A DNA stretch of 64,000 nt from Clostridia bacterium (GTDB taxonomy: Bacteria; Bacillota; Clostridia; TANB77; CAG-508): contig JAZUKI010000003.1 in assembly GCA_045643205.1 (NCBI GenBank), positions 160,001-224,000 of the forward strand, read 5' to 3'. The notes under the pieces were generated by a model, which was given only the letters and a program-made list of their open reading frames with translations, was not told the DNA's origin and did not search any database. Positions 10,330 through 21,559 of this stretch are shown here, in pieces; the first letter of the stretch is position 1, and each line of letters opens with the position of its first letter. A program made the position numbers and the translations under genes.

Positions 10330-12229
10330 GAAACAAAACCCTTCAAACAAAGCAGGAAATCCAATGCAAGGTTCAATGAAAAAAGGAACTTTAAGTAGAC
10401 TAATAAAAATAATTTGGAAAGATTACAAAGTAAGATTAATAATTGTAATCGCATGTTTAATTATAAACAGTATAACAATGGCACTATTAACAACAGCATT
10501 AAAACCATTAATCGATGATTGTATCACACCATTTATAGGACAACAAAGTCCTGATTATGCAAAATTAGTTCAGTACATATTATATATAGGTGCAGTAGGA
10601 CTAGCAGGAATTATCGCATCATTCGTTTCAAACATAGTGTTAGTAACAGTTTCACAAGGTACACAAAGAAAAATAAGAAATACATTATTCAACAAAATGC
10701 AATCATTCCCAATTAAATTCTTCGACACACACAAACACGGAGACATCATGTCAGTTTATACAAACGACGTAGATACATTAGAAGAAATGATCGGAAGAAG
10801 TTTACCAGAAGCATTAACATCAATAATAAAAATAATTTCATATTTAATATCAATGATTTCATTAAGTCCACTATTAACATTATTTGTTGTAATATTCTCA
10901 ATACTAACAATATTAGTAACAAAAGGATTTGCACAACGTTCAGGAAAATATTTTGTTGGACAACAAAAATCAATCGGTAAAGTTAACGGATTCATTGAAG
11001 AAATGCTAAACGGCCAAAAGGTAGTAAAAGTTTTCACACACGAAGAAATTGCAAAGCAAGAATTCGACAAAGTTAATGAAGAATTATTCGAAAACATGAA
11101 TCAAGCAAACAAATATGCAAACTTAATGATGCCAGTTGCACACAACTTAGGAAATATACAATATGTAGCAATTGCAGCATTAGGAACATTATTAGCATTA
11201 GCAGGTCAACTTCCATTAACATTAGGAACATTAATTGCATTCCTTCAATTATCAAGACAATTCACACAACCAATTGACCAATCAATGATGCAAATCAACT
11301 CAATCATCCGTGCAATGGCCGGAACATCAAGAGTTTTCGAGATGATGGACATTGAAGAAGAACAAGACAACGGATATGTTACATTAGTAAATGTAAAAGA
11401 AGATAAAAACGGCAACCTAATAGAATGTGATAAAAAGACAGGAAGATGGGCATGGAAACATCCTCATCATGATGGAACAACAGAACTCATAGAGCTAAAA
11501 GGAAGAATAGATATAGAAGATATCAACTTCAGTTACGATGGTGAAAAAGAAGTTCTACATCACATTTCATTATACGCAAAGCCAGGACAAAAGATTGCAT
11601 TCGTTGGTGCAACAGGTGCTGGAAAAACAACAATCACAAACTTAATCAACAGATTTTACGAAGTAGATGAAGGAAAGATTAGATATGATGGAATTAACAT
11701 CACAAAAATAAAGAAAGCCGACCTAAGAAAATCATTAGGAATGGTTCTACAAGATGTTAATTTATTCACAGGAACAATCAAAGAAAATATTAAGTATGGT
11801 CGTCCAGATGCAACAGACGAAGAAGTTATCGAAGCGGCTAAATTAGCAAATGCCGATGGTTTCATCAGACACTTGCCAGAAGGTTACGACACAATGCTTA
11901 CAGAAAACGGTTCACAATTATCACAAGGCCAAAGACAATTGCTATCAATTGCAAGAGCTGCAATCGCAAATCCACCAGTAATGATTTTAGACGAAGCAAC
12001 ATCAAGCATTGACACAAGAACAGAAAAGATCATTCAAGACGGTATGGACAAATTAATGGAAGGTAGAACAGTACTAGTAATTGCACATAGACTTTCAACA
12101 GTTAAAAATGCAAAAGCCATAATGGTTATGTCTAACGGCGAAATAATTGAAAGAGGCGACCACGAGCAATTAATAGCTCAAAGAGGCGAGTACTATCAAT
12201 TATATACAGGAAACCTAGAACTTGAATAA
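10313..12229 (+). CDS. ABC exporter fused permease/ATPase, consensus-site subunit
   Basis: GATGAGKT, LSQGQRQ, ILDEATS, IAHRLST; ATG at 10322 is a likely start. Confidence 0.93.
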   Translation: MISMSKKQNPSNKAGNPMQGSMKKGTLSRLIKIIWKDYKVRLIIVIACLIINSITMALLTTALKPLIDDCITPFIGQQSPDYAKLVQYILYIGAVGLAGIIASFVSNIVLVTVSQGTQRKIRNTLFNKMQSFPIKFFDTHKHGDIMSVYTNDVDTLEEMIGRSLPEALTSIIKIISYLISMISLSPLLTLFVVIFSILTILVTKGFAQRSGKYFVGQQKSIGKVNGFIEEMLNGQKVVKVFTHEEIAKQEFDKVNEELFENMNQANKYANLMMPVAHNLGNIQYVAIAALGTLLALAGQLPLTLGTLIAFLQLSRQFTQPIDQSMMQINSIIRAMAGTSRVFEMMDIEEEQDNGYVTLVNVKEDKNGNLIECDKKTGRWAWKHPHHDGTTELIELKGRIDIEDINFSYDGEKEVLHHISLYAKPGQKIAFVGATGAGKTTITNLINRFYEVDEGKIRYDGINITKIKKADLRKSLGMVLQDVNLFTGTIKENIKYGRPDATDEEVIEAAKLANADGFIRHLPEGYDTMLTENGSQLSQGQRQLLSIARAAIANPPVMILDEATSSIDTRTEKIIQDGMDKLMEGRTVLVIAHRLSTVKNAKAIMVMSNGEIIERGDHEQLIAQRGEYYQLYTGNLELE

Positions 12230-12429
12230 AAACAATGGGGAGAAGAAATTCTCCTCATTTTTTATGTGGATTTTGTGGAACAAGTCAACACAAAGCCTAA
12301 TTTTTTGTGAAATTAGAACTATTACAAAGATTACAAAACTATAAAATCGATACCCAAAATATTGAAAAATATATGTATTTTATGATAATATAAACATTGT
12401 AAATAAAATAATCAATATTTAAGAAAGAG

Positions 12430-13650
12430 GTGTTAATTATGGGATTATTACAAGCATTTACAGGAGCAATTGGTGGAACATTTGCTGATCAATGGAAAGA
12501 TTATTTAGTTCCAGAAGCAGGTATTCCAGGAACAGCAGGTATTTTCCACGCTGTTAAGGTTGGAACAAATAATGGAAGAGGATCAAATACAAAAGGATCT
12601 GAATGCATTATTTCAGATGGAAGTAAAATCGTAGTTCCAGAAGGAACAGCACTTATCACAATGCAAGATGGTGCAATCACTGGAGTTATTACACAACCAG
12701 GTGGATATATTTGGGCATCAAATGATCCAAACGCAAAATCAATTTTTGCAGGAGATGGAATCATTGATTCATTAGTAAAACAATCTTGGGAAAGATTTAA
12801 ATTTGGTGGAATGCCAGGTTCTCAACAAGTTGCTTTATATGTAAACTTAAAAGAAATACCAAACAATAGATTCGGTACACAATCTGAAATTTATTGGGAT
12901 GATGCATATTTAAATGCACAAGTAGGAGCAGTTACAAGAGGAACATATACTCTTCAAATCTGTGACCCAATTCTATTCATCAAGAACTTTGTACCACAAC
13001 AATACTTATTACCAGACGGACCAGTATTTGACTTTGCAGATATGGACAACGATGCTGGAGCACAATTATTCAATGAAGTAGTTGGAAGCTTATCAGCAGG
13101 TTTCTCAAACTATACAAACGATCCAAGCAAAGGAAATAGAATCACAAAGATTCAAGGTGATCAAATTGGATTCGCACAAAGCTTATCACAAGCTGTAGAA
13201 GACGGATATCAATGGAAAACAAATCGTGGATTACAAATTATCAAAGTTGCAATCCAAGCTATCGAATACGACGCAGATACTAAAGCATTATTATCTGATG
13301 TTAAGAAAGCTGACGCATTATCTGGAGCTAGAGGAAATTCATTCATGCAACAAGCTGCTGCAAGAGGAATTCAAGGCGCTGGAGAAAACGGACAAGGTGG
13401 AATGGGAATGGCATTCATGGGAATGGGTGCAAATGCTGCAGGCTCAATGATGAGTGGTTTACAACAACAACCTGGAGTTCAAACAAACAACTTATTCCAA
13501 CAACCAGCACAACAAGCTGCACCAGTAGAACCAGCTGCACCAGCTGAAGATCCATTAGAGAAAATTGGCAAACTTAAACAACTATTAGATATGGGTGCTA
13601 TTACTCAAGAAGAATTTGATGCACAAAAAGCTAAATTATTAGGATTATAA
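12430..13650 (+). CDS. SPFH-domain (virion-core-like) protein with C-terminal SHOCT domain
   Basis: ADQWKDY...GS.I.VPEG N-terminus; LKQLLDMGAITQEEFDAQKAKLL SHOCT. Confidence 0.85.
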   Translation: MLIMGLLQAFTGAIGGTFADQWKDYLVPEAGIPGTAGIFHAVKVGTNNGRGSNTKGSECIISDGSKIVVPEGTALITMQDGAITGVITQPGGYIWASNDPNAKSIFAGDGIIDSLVKQSWERFKFGGMPGSQQVALYVNLKEIPNNRFGTQSEIYWDDAYLNAQVGAVTRGTYTLQICDPILFIKNFVPQQYLLPDGPVFDFADMDNDAGAQLFNEVVGSLSAGFSNYTNDPSKGNRITKIQGDQIGFAQSLSQAVEDGYQWKTNRGLQIIKVAIQAIEYDADTKALLSDVKKADALSGARGNSFMQQAAARGIQGAGENGQGGMGMAFMGMGANAAGSMMSGLQQQPGVQTNNLFQQPAQQAAPVEPAAPAEDPLEKIGKLKQLLDMGAITQEEFDAQKAKLLGL

Positions 13651-13748
13651 TTTAATTTTATAAATCAAGATTAGACTTAAGAGTAATCCGCTAAGGATAA
13701 AATTAAGTCTAATTTATTGTAAAAAATAAAAAACGAAAGGAAAAAACT

Positions 13749-15320
13749 ATGGCAGACAATATACAAGGTCAACCAGTTCAAGGTCAACCAGTTCAAAATC
13801 AACCAGTTCAAAATCAACCAATTCAAGGTCAACCTATCCAAAGTCAACCAATCCAACCATCATTCGATAATTCAGTTACAACAAAAGAAGATGGACAAAC
13901 AAAATGTCCTCAATGTGGATCAACTGATATTTCAGTTAACGCAAAAAAAGGTGTTTTAAGATGTAACTATTGTAGACATGAGTTTCAACCAGAAGTAGCT
14001 GCTGGAATGAATGGAGATATTACAAAATTACAAGGAATCTGGGTTGGAAAAGGCGCATGTGATATTAAAAAAGGTGAACAATCAAAAGAAATGTTAACAT
14101 TAAAATGTACAAGCTGTGGAGCAGAAGTTGTTATCGATACAAAAGAATCAACACAAGCAAGATGCCACTGGTGCAGAAACATGTTATCAATTCAAAACCA
14201 AATTCCAAATGGCGCAGTACCAGACGCTGTTTTGCCATTTAAACTTACAAAGCAACAAGCTCAACAAAAAATTGAAGAATTTGTTGGAAAGAGAAAATTC
14301 TTTGCACATCCTAAATTCAAGGAAGAATTCACAACAGAAAATATTATGGGTGTTTACATGCCTTACATGAGCATTAACGCAAATACACACGTAAGACTTG
14401 AAGGTTTAGGAGAAATAAAAACAAGACAATACACAGTTAAAAGAGGAGATTCATATCATACTTATTATGATGCAGATGAATATCGTGTTGGAAGAGAATA
14501 CGACGCTGCAATCAAAGGTTTGACAATCGAATCAAACTCACAAAGAATGTCAAATGACAAAGGCGAAACAAACAACATCATCAATGCAATCATGCCATTT
14601 GATATGGAGAACTGCGTAACATGGGACGCAAACTATTTACATGGATATACATCAGAAAGACGTGATACAAACGTTAATCAACTTAAAGAATATGGCGATG
14701 AAAAAATTAGAGGTGTTGCTAGATATACAATAAATGACACATTAGCAAAATATGATAGAGGTGTTTCTTGGAAGAGCCAAAACATTGATATTATTGGAGA
14801 ACAATGGAGTGCAGTATATCTACCAGTATGGTTATATAGTTACTATGAGAACAAAGGAAATGGTCAAGGAACAAAGCACTACGTTGCAGTAAACGCACGT
14901 ACACAAGAAACAATGGGATCAGTTCCAGTTTATATGCCATTATTATTAGGAATCTCAGCAATTATTGAGATTATAGGTATCATTCTATTCGCTATATTAT
15001 TAGGAGTAAAGAACGGATACAAATTCAGCTGGTTATTCTTATTACCAGGAATTATTTATGGACTATCTATCTATGGAAAATACAGAAACAAGAATGCAAA
15101 ACACGTTTATGAATTAGAAACATTACAACAAAAGAATAACATTAAAGGATACGATACATTTAATAGACATCGCAAAGGCCTAAGCAATTCAATGATAGAA
15201 GGTTATAACAACAAAGCAATAAGCACATCAACATCAGAAAAAGTATTAAACTCAGTAACTGGAGGAAATGTACTAGGAACAGTTGCAAACATTGGATTAA
15301 ACAATATATTACATAGATAA
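13749..15320 (+). CDS. Multi-zinc-ribbon membrane protein
   Basis: CPQC, CNYC, CTSC, CHWC motifs; YLPVW; two TM; N-terminal QP(V/I)Q(G/N) repeats. Confidence 0.75.
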   Translation: MADNIQGQPVQGQPVQNQPVQNQPIQGQPIQSQPIQPSFDNSVTTKEDGQTKCPQCGSTDISVNAKKGVLRCNYCRHEFQPEVAAGMNGDITKLQGIWVGKGACDIKKGEQSKEMLTLKCTSCGAEVVIDTKESTQARCHWCRNMLSIQNQIPNGAVPDAVLPFKLTKQQAQQKIEEFVGKRKFFAHPKFKEEFTTENIMGVYMPYMSINANTHVRLEGLGEIKTRQYTVKRGDSYHTYYDADEYRVGREYDAAIKGLTIESNSQRMSNDKGETNNIINAIMPFDMENCVTWDANYLHGYTSERRDTNVNQLKEYGDEKIRGVARYTINDTLAKYDRGVSWKSQNIDIIGEQWSAVYLPVWLYSYYENKGNGQGTKHYVAVNARTQETMGSVPVYMPLLLGISAIIEIIGIILFAILLGVKNGYKFSWLFLLPGIIYGLSIYGKYRNKNAKHVYELETLQQKNNIKGYDTFNRHRKGLSNSMIEGYNNKAISTSTSEKVLNSVTGGNVLGTVANIGLNNILHR

Positions 15321-15388
15321 ACTATAATAAATAATAAAATAAAAGAAATAAAAATAAAAATAATCTAAAATAAATATAGAGATAAAAC

Positions 15389-15420
15389 AAAAGGTGAGTA
15401 TTGGAATACTCACCTTTTTT
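15389..15420. terminator. Bidirectional intrinsic terminator
   Basis: aaaaGGTGAGTATT-gg-AATACTCACCtttttt between convergent genes. Confidence 0.8.
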
Positions 15421-15454
15421 ATATTTATAAACTTTCAGCTAAACCAGCTAACAT

Positions 15455-16174
15455 TTATTCATTCGAACTCTTATTTGAATTTTCGTTTGAAGCCTCGTTT
15501 GCAGTTTCATTTGAATTTTCTTCAACAACCTCATTTACAACTTCATTAGAAACCTCATTAGTTGTATTAGTTGTATTTTTCAAAGAAAGAATATGATTAA
15601 CAATTTCATTTTGATCATCACTTTGCAAATAAGAATAGTGAGATTGGATTTGATTCTCAAAAGTTTTATCATCAGTACCAAAGAAGCCTTCTTTTTTAGC
15701 TTTATCATACAATTCGCCAGGCAATAATTCTTTAGTATCAGAATCTGTAATAGCTTCAGTAGAATCTACAACAGAACCATTCTCAAAAGAAACCATAAAA
15801 GCATCTGAAAAACTTGAACTTGAATTTAACTTGAAATCGTTTACATAAAAGCTTTGAACTGTAGCCCAAAGATAAACATTATAATAGTCGCCTTTCTTGT
15901 ATATCCCTAAGGGTCTGAAGTTTGAAAAGACTTTAAAATCAACTAAATTTTTGCTTTCCTCAGGAGTAATATCTTTAGCATTAAAAGACATAGGAGTAAC
16001 TTTAGATAAAATATATTTTTCAGCTTTTGCATAAAGTTCATCATCGTCATCAACCTTAGAACCTTTGCCATTAGCTAGATTGTAGAAAATTAACCCTAAA
16101 ACAGCACAAACAATAAGAACAATTATTGCAAGTTTGTAATGATCAAAAAACTTAATAAGACCAGATTTTTTCAT
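15455..16174 (-). CDS. Hypothetical membrane-anchored protein with N/E/S/T-rich tail
   Basis: AGGAG RBS, N-terminal TM, 239 aa ORF. Confidence 0.7.
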   Translation of the reverse strand: MKKSGLIKFFDHYKLAIIVLIVCAVLGLIFYNLANGKGSKVDDDDELYAKAEKYILSKVTPMSFNAKDITPEESKNLVDFKVFSNFRPLGIYKKGDYYNVYLWATVQSFYVNDFKLNSSSSFSDAFMVSFENGSVVDSTEAITDSDTKELLPGELYDKAKKEGFFGTDDKTFENQIQSHYSYLQSDDQNEIVNHILSLKNTTNTTNEVSNEVVNEVVEENSNETANEASNENSNKSSNE

Positions 16175-16198
16175 AAAATACTCCTTGAAAAATCAATT

Positions 16199-16272
16199 TT
16201 TTACAAAAAACACTAGATTTTTATAAAACCAACATTAGATTTTCACAAAATCAACACTGCATTTTTGCAAAA
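16199..16272. repeat. Degenerate ~22-bp tandem repeat, about 3.5 copies
   Basis: ttttacaaaaaacactagat / ttttataaaaccaacattagat / tttcacaaaatcaacactgcat / ttttgcaaaa. Confidence 0.55.
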
Positions 16273-16413
16273 ATTTTATTGAAACAAGTATAACATTAAA
16301 TATAATATAAATGCAATAAAATAAAATTTCCGTAACATTTTATTGATTTTCTTAATCATTATTTATATAATAAAAATCGATAAAATAAAAAATAAAAAAG
16401 GGGTTTTAAGAAG

Positions 16414-17667
16414 ATGCGAACAAAATCTAATAAACCTACTAAAAGAGAACTTCAAAAGATACAAAAAGAGGCAGAAGAGAAGCTTTTAGCAGAACTTAAA
16501 ATTGAATATAATAAGTCATATGATAGCATTCTAGAAGAACTTAAGACTCAAAAATCTGGCATGGATACAGCCTATCGTGCGATAGTTACAAAAGAAAGAT
16601 ATTTTGCTACGGATGCGAGCAGTTTAGGAGTTAAATTTGATGCAGATTTAACTGAAGAGTCAATTGAAGGTAAAGTTTTAAATATATATGATAAATATGA
16701 TGCATTGTTAGAGCAAATGTATGATGAAAAAATATCTGAAGGTGCTGAACTTAGTGAATATCAAAGCAACATGAACCAATTTGACAGATATAAGATTCCA
16801 GCAAAAATTTTAAAATTAGCTAACAGATGCACAGAATTATTAGTTGAAAACTTACAAAATCAATGCGAAGAAGAAATTAAGAAGCAAATATATTATAAAG
16901 CAGAAACAATCATGAAAGCAGGCAGAATCGAGCAATACGAGAAAGCTGCAAAATACTATGGCGGACAAAAAGGAAGTATTCTTAAAGCAATAAATGGAAC
17001 AACTTCATACAATGAAGCTTTAAGAAACAAATACATCATAATGAAAGCAAGAGAAGAACTTCCAGTAAGCGAACCAAGCAAAGATGAATATGATGAACAT
17101 GCTATATTAGCTTCAGTAAGCATATATGCAAACAGCGTAAAAGACTTAGATTCTGAATTACAAGAAATAGTAAACAAGATTTATGCTACATACAAAATAG
17201 ATCAAGACAGAGTAAAATCTTTCATAAATCTAAAATGCAAACAAGATGCAGAAGCACTAAAAACTCAAAGCTTAATGCCTGCAGAAGAAAAAGGAGCATT
17301 CTGGAGAAAAAGAGTAGCAAAAATAATGAGAGCAGACAACGAAAGAGCAGTAGAAGAACTATCAAAAGTAAAAGAATCATTAGTAGAATTCAAACAAACA
17401 TATCACGAAAATGCATTAGAAAAATATTTTAACTTATTAGGATATATGGATGCATCAATTGAATATATTTTAAACACAACAGATAAAAAACAAAGAGCAG
17501 TAGATAGACAAAAAATTGAAAGCGTTTTCAAAAATTTAGCTAGCAAAACTGTTAAAAAAATTGAAAATTCAGAAATTTCACAAGAAGTAGATGATTCAGT
17601 AATCGAACCATCAATTCAAAATTCAGATGTACAAATCTCTGAAGATATGGCATTAGACACATTATAA
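16414..17667 (+). CDS. Hypothetical helical protein
   Basis: 417 aa ORF with RBS and downstream hairpin (17691-17728); no recognised motif. Confidence 0.7.
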   Translation: MRTKSNKPTKRELQKIQKEAEEKLLAELKIEYNKSYDSILEELKTQKSGMDTAYRAIVTKERYFATDASSLGVKFDADLTEESIEGKVLNIYDKYDALLEQMYDEKISEGAELSEYQSNMNQFDRYKIPAKILKLANRCTELLVENLQNQCEEEIKKQIYYKAETIMKAGRIEQYEKAAKYYGGQKGSILKAINGTTSYNEALRNKYIIMKAREELPVSEPSKDEYDEHAILASVSIYANSVKDLDSELQEIVNKIYATYKIDQDRVKSFINLKCKQDAEALKTQSLMPAEEKGAFWRKRVAKIMRADNERAVEELSKVKESLVEFKQTYHENALEKYFNLLGYMDASIEYILNTTDKKQRAVDRQKIESVFKNLASKTVKKIENSEISQEVDDSVIEPSIQNSDVQISEDMALDTL

Positions 17668-17739
17668 GTTATTCTTATTTGTTATAAAACAGACCTAGAG
17701 AATCCATCTTCTCTAGGTCACTTTTTTTAAGGAGTATAC

Positions 17740-19173
17740 ATGGAAACACAAAAAACTAATTGGATTGAAAAACTTTTATGTTTAATCATAATACTATGTC
17801 CAATTCTAGATTGTGCAAGTTTCATTTTTAGAAACTTTTTTCAAACAACAATCTCAGTTTCAACAATAATAAGACCAATAATTCCACTTTGCTTATTACT
17901 ATACATTTTTATCAAAGGAAACAAAAAAGAAAAAATAATACTAGCACTAATTGCTTTAGCATACATAGGCTACGCAGTTGTGCATTTATTAATATACAAT
18001 AGTTTTCACACAGGTTGTTCATTTGGCGACATCAAACTTGAAATGCAATATGTTTTCAATTTCTCATTCATAATGATTTACTTCATCGTATTTGCATTCT
18101 TGTTTTTGAAAAAAGATTTAGCAACAGACAAGCTCTACAACTCAATTACAATCATGGCAACAATCTATATTGTATCAATTGTTCTTGCAATCATAATGGG
18201 ACAATCATCACACACATATATAGAAACATCAACAGGCTACAAAGGTTGGATAGAATCAGGCAACAGTCTAAGTGCAATTTTAATCACTTCACTATTTATG
18301 ATGTTACAACGTGCACGAGAAAACAAAATCACAATAGTTGTTATCTTAGCAGTAGGAACATATTTAATAACAACTATCGGAACAAGAACAGGACTATTAG
18401 GAACTTTTATTGCAGTAGGCTTATACATATTACTTGAAATGTTCTTCAGCAGAAACAAAAAAATAATCATCTCAGGACTAACATTAATGTGTGTTGCAAT
18501 TTTAGTAGTTGTTTTTGCAGGATCAAAAACAATTCAAAGAAGACAACAAATGGCAGAATCGCAATACACAATAATTGATGAAGCAACAGGCGAAGTAGGA
18601 AACATGACAGGAGACATGTTAAGAATCAAAAATAAAATTCTTAATAACGAACTTGAAGAAGACTTTATGTCAGAAGCACAAAAGCAGTCAGTACTTGACC
18701 TACACGAATACACTAAATCAATAAAATTAGCAGGAAATGATACACGAACACAACAATTAATGTACAACATTTACTTAATGAAAAATCAACATAGTTTTAC
18801 AGGAATAGTATTTGGAAACGGATACAACAACAACGTTAGAGAAATGAGAATGGAAAACGAATTAGCATCATTGTTCTTAAACTTTGGATTATGTGGATTC
18901 ATACTATATGCAGGACCATTATTAGCAGTTCTTGTTTATGCAATTATTTTTGGAATAAAACGAAGAAAAGAAATTTCATTAAACTATGTAATGAATGTTT
19001 GTGCATTAATTTTAGCAATCAGTTTATCATGGTTATCAGGCTATGTACTATTTGCAACATCAAGCATGACAGTCATAGTTGTAGTTGCAACATTGTTATT
19101 GAAAGAAATAAAAAGAATTAAAGATAATGAAAATAAAGACAAGAAAATTAAAGACAATAAAAGCCTAGATTAG
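17740..19173 (+). CDS. O-antigen ligase/Wzy-like polytopic membrane protein
   Basis: About 11 TM; GYKGW..SGN, IGTRTG, FGNGY, MEN...LF.NFG..G motifs. Confidence 0.75.
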   Translation: METQKTNWIEKLLCLIIILCPILDCASFIFRNFFQTTISVSTIIRPIIPLCLLLYIFIKGNKKEKIILALIALAYIGYAVVHLLIYNSFHTGCSFGDIKLEMQYVFNFSFIMIYFIVFAFLFLKKDLATDKLYNSITIMATIYIVSIVLAIIMGQSSHTYIETSTGYKGWIESGNSLSAILITSLFMMLQRARENKITIVVILAVGTYLITTIGTRTGLLGTFIAVGLYILLEMFFSRNKKIIISGLTLMCVAILVVVFAGSKTIQRRQQMAESQYTIIDEATGEVGNMTGDMLRIKNKILNNELEEDFMSEAQKQSVLDLHEYTKSIKLAGNDTRTQQLMYNIYLMKNQHSFTGIVFGNGYNNNVREMRMENELASLFLNFGLCGFILYAGPLLAVLVYAIIFGIKRRKEISLNYVMNVCALILAISLSWLSGYVLFATSSMTVIVVVATLLLKEIKRIKDNENKDKKIKDNKSLD

Positions 19174-19231
19174 GTAGCACATCAAATTTAACTATTCATA
19201 AGATATAATTTATTAAAAGGAATGTGGTTAT

Positions 19232-20515
19232 ATGATTACTGTAATAAAAAATGGAACTGTTATTTCAATGGATGAAAAAAGAAATGAAAAATATGAAGTA
19301 TTAGATATCGTTTTTAAAGATGATATCATAATTTCAATGTGCTCAAATTACGACGGACCATATGATAAATTAATTGATGCTAAAAATAAAATTGTAATGC
19401 CTGGGCTAGTTAATACACATGCACACTTGGGAATGGCAATGTTTAGAGGCATTAATGACTACGAAGACTTCAATGGTTGGTGGGGCAACATGATTTTACC
19501 TTATGAAAAGAAATTCACCGATAAAGAAGTTTATTTAAACACTTTATATTCATGTATAGAGATGATAAAAACCGGAACAACTACTGTATGTGATATGTAC
19601 TTTAATAAAGATGGCATAATGAAAGCTGTAAAAGAAGCAAAGGTTAGAACAATGTTCCCATTATATTTCATTGGTGACTATGATAAAGAAACTTTTGATG
19701 ATGCAGAAAATTATTATTTAAATAATAGAGATAATGATTTAATAAAATTCTATGTTTCTATGCATAGTTTGTATACATGTTCTGAAAGATTAGTTGCTGA
19801 ATGCAAAAATTTTGCAGATAAGTACAATCTATTATTTGGAACTCATTTTTGCGAACATGATAGCGAATTAAATACAATAGCTGATAAATATAATATGAAA
19901 CCAGTTAAAGTTTTAGATAAATACAAATTATTAGATAATAAACTTAGTTTAGCACATTGCACTCATATAAGCGATGAAGAACTTGAAATGTTTAAGGGGA
20001 AAGATGTTTCATTTAATCATTGTCCAATTTCAAATTTAAATCTTGGTTGCGGAATTGCTGATATTCCAAAGTATATGAAACATGGAATAAATATATCTTT
20101 AGGAACTGATGGACAAGGTTCTGGTAATAATATGAATATGTTCTATACAATGTCACTTGTAGACTATATTCAAAAAGGAATATATAAAGACACAAACATA
20201 TTAAAAAGTTATGACGTTCTTAAAATGGCAACAATAAATGGTGCTAAAGCTTTAGGAATGGAGCAAGAGATTGGATCATTAGAAGTTGGTAAAAAGGCAG
20301 ATATTATTATTGTTGATTTAAACAAATTTGAAACATATCCTTATAGAGATTTGTTAGTAAGTATTGTTCATAATGTATTACCACAAAACATAGATACAAC
20401 AATTATTAATGGAGAAACATTAATGCAAAATCATGAATTACTGCTTAATGTAGATGAAAATAAATTGATGGACAGAATGGATGAGATGGATAAGGAATTG
20501 AAGGAAGGAAAGTAG
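19232..20515 (+). CDS. Amidohydrolase, MTA/SAH deaminase-like
   Basis: PGLVNTHAH, H.CE, AHC, HCP.SN, LGTDG, GSLEVGKKAD. Confidence 0.88.
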   Translation: MITVIKNGTVISMDEKRNEKYEVLDIVFKDDIIISMCSNYDGPYDKLIDAKNKIVMPGLVNTHAHLGMAMFRGINDYEDFNGWWGNMILPYEKKFTDKEVYLNTLYSCIEMIKTGTTTVCDMYFNKDGIMKAVKEAKVRTMFPLYFIGDYDKETFDDAENYYLNNRDNDLIKFYVSMHSLYTCSERLVAECKNFADKYNLLFGTHFCEHDSELNTIADKYNMKPVKVLDKYKLLDNKLSLAHCTHISDEELEMFKGKDVSFNHCPISNLNLGCGIADIPKYMKHGINISLGTDGQGSGNNMNMFYTMSLVDYIQKGIYKDTNILKSYDVLKMATINGAKALGMEQEIGSLEVGKKADIIIVDLNKFETYPYRDLLVSIVHNVLPQNIDTTIINGETLMQNHELLLNVDENKLMDRMDEMDKELKEGK

Positions 20516-20820
20516 AAAGAAAATTAAAACATTTTATTTTGAGCAATGTAATTTTAATTCAAACATAGTAGATACTATAATGCATATAAAGTTTTGTTAA
20601 AATATATTTTATTCATAATGTGATGGTATAATAAACAATAGAATGCTGTACAGCAAGATTTATCAAGGACTTTCGGGTTCTTGATTTTTTTATGAATTAA
20701 AAAAACGGCGAAAAAACGGCGGAAGTTTTTTAGATTGAAAAATTGGTAAAAATTACAGTGTAAATTTCGTGCTGTATTTGTAGTAATGGGAGATTTGTTT
20801 TTTGAGAAAAAAGTAGTAAA

Positions 20821-21399
20821 ATGTCCATAGAAAGGACAATTGGGATGCAGAAAAATTTTAAAAATAATTTAGAAACAAAATATAATGATATATTTAAGAA
20901 CTTATATGCACAATGGAAGTTACAAAGTAAAAAGAAATATGAAGAATTACAGTCAAATGGATTAGCTAATAGTGGAGTAGGTTCAAAAGCTATGTACATA
21001 TTAATGGAAGAATTAATAAATAAAGCGATATTTGATTTGCAACAGCTATTTAATAAGCTGCCAACAGAATATAATAGAAAGATATCATTTAAAGATTTAG
21101 ACGAATATAAAAGAAAAACAATAACTAATGTTGTTGGACATATTAATAATATGGAAAAAGAACTTAAACGTGAGTACAAGGAAAAGTTACTATTTATATC
21201 TGAATCAAATGAAATATCTTTAAACAATCTAAGTGAAAATTCTAAAGATAAAATTGAAAAGTTATTTGCTGAAATAGCTAATTTGAGAAAAGGTAAAAAA
21301 ATAGAAGGGTTAGTAATATTTAATATAGTATTTACAATATTAAGTTTTTTGATAGGAATTGCAAGCTTGATCGTAGGAATAATTGGAATTGTACAATAA
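20821..21399 (+). CDS. Hypothetical protein with C-terminal TM helix
   Basis: 192 aa ORF, helical, hydrophobic C-terminus. Confidence 0.6.
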   Translation: MSIERTIGMQKNFKNNLETKYNDIFKNLYAQWKLQSKKKYEELQSNGLANSGVGSKAMYILMEELINKAIFDLQQLFNKLPTEYNRKISFKDLDEYKRKTITNVVGHINNMEKELKREYKEKLLFISESNEISLNNLSENSKDKIEKLFAEIANLRKGKKIEGLVIFNIVFTILSFLIGIASLIVGIIGIVQ

Positions 21400-21559
21400 T
21401 TACCAATATTTAAAATGCAGAATATTAAACAGGTATGAATATGTAGAAAATAATTAAAAAGAATTGGTCAGTAGAAAATACTGGCTTTTTTGTTGTAAAA
21501 AAATAAAGAAATTTATTTTGAAGTGTTGTAAAAAGTTAAACAAATTGTTAAAATATAAA

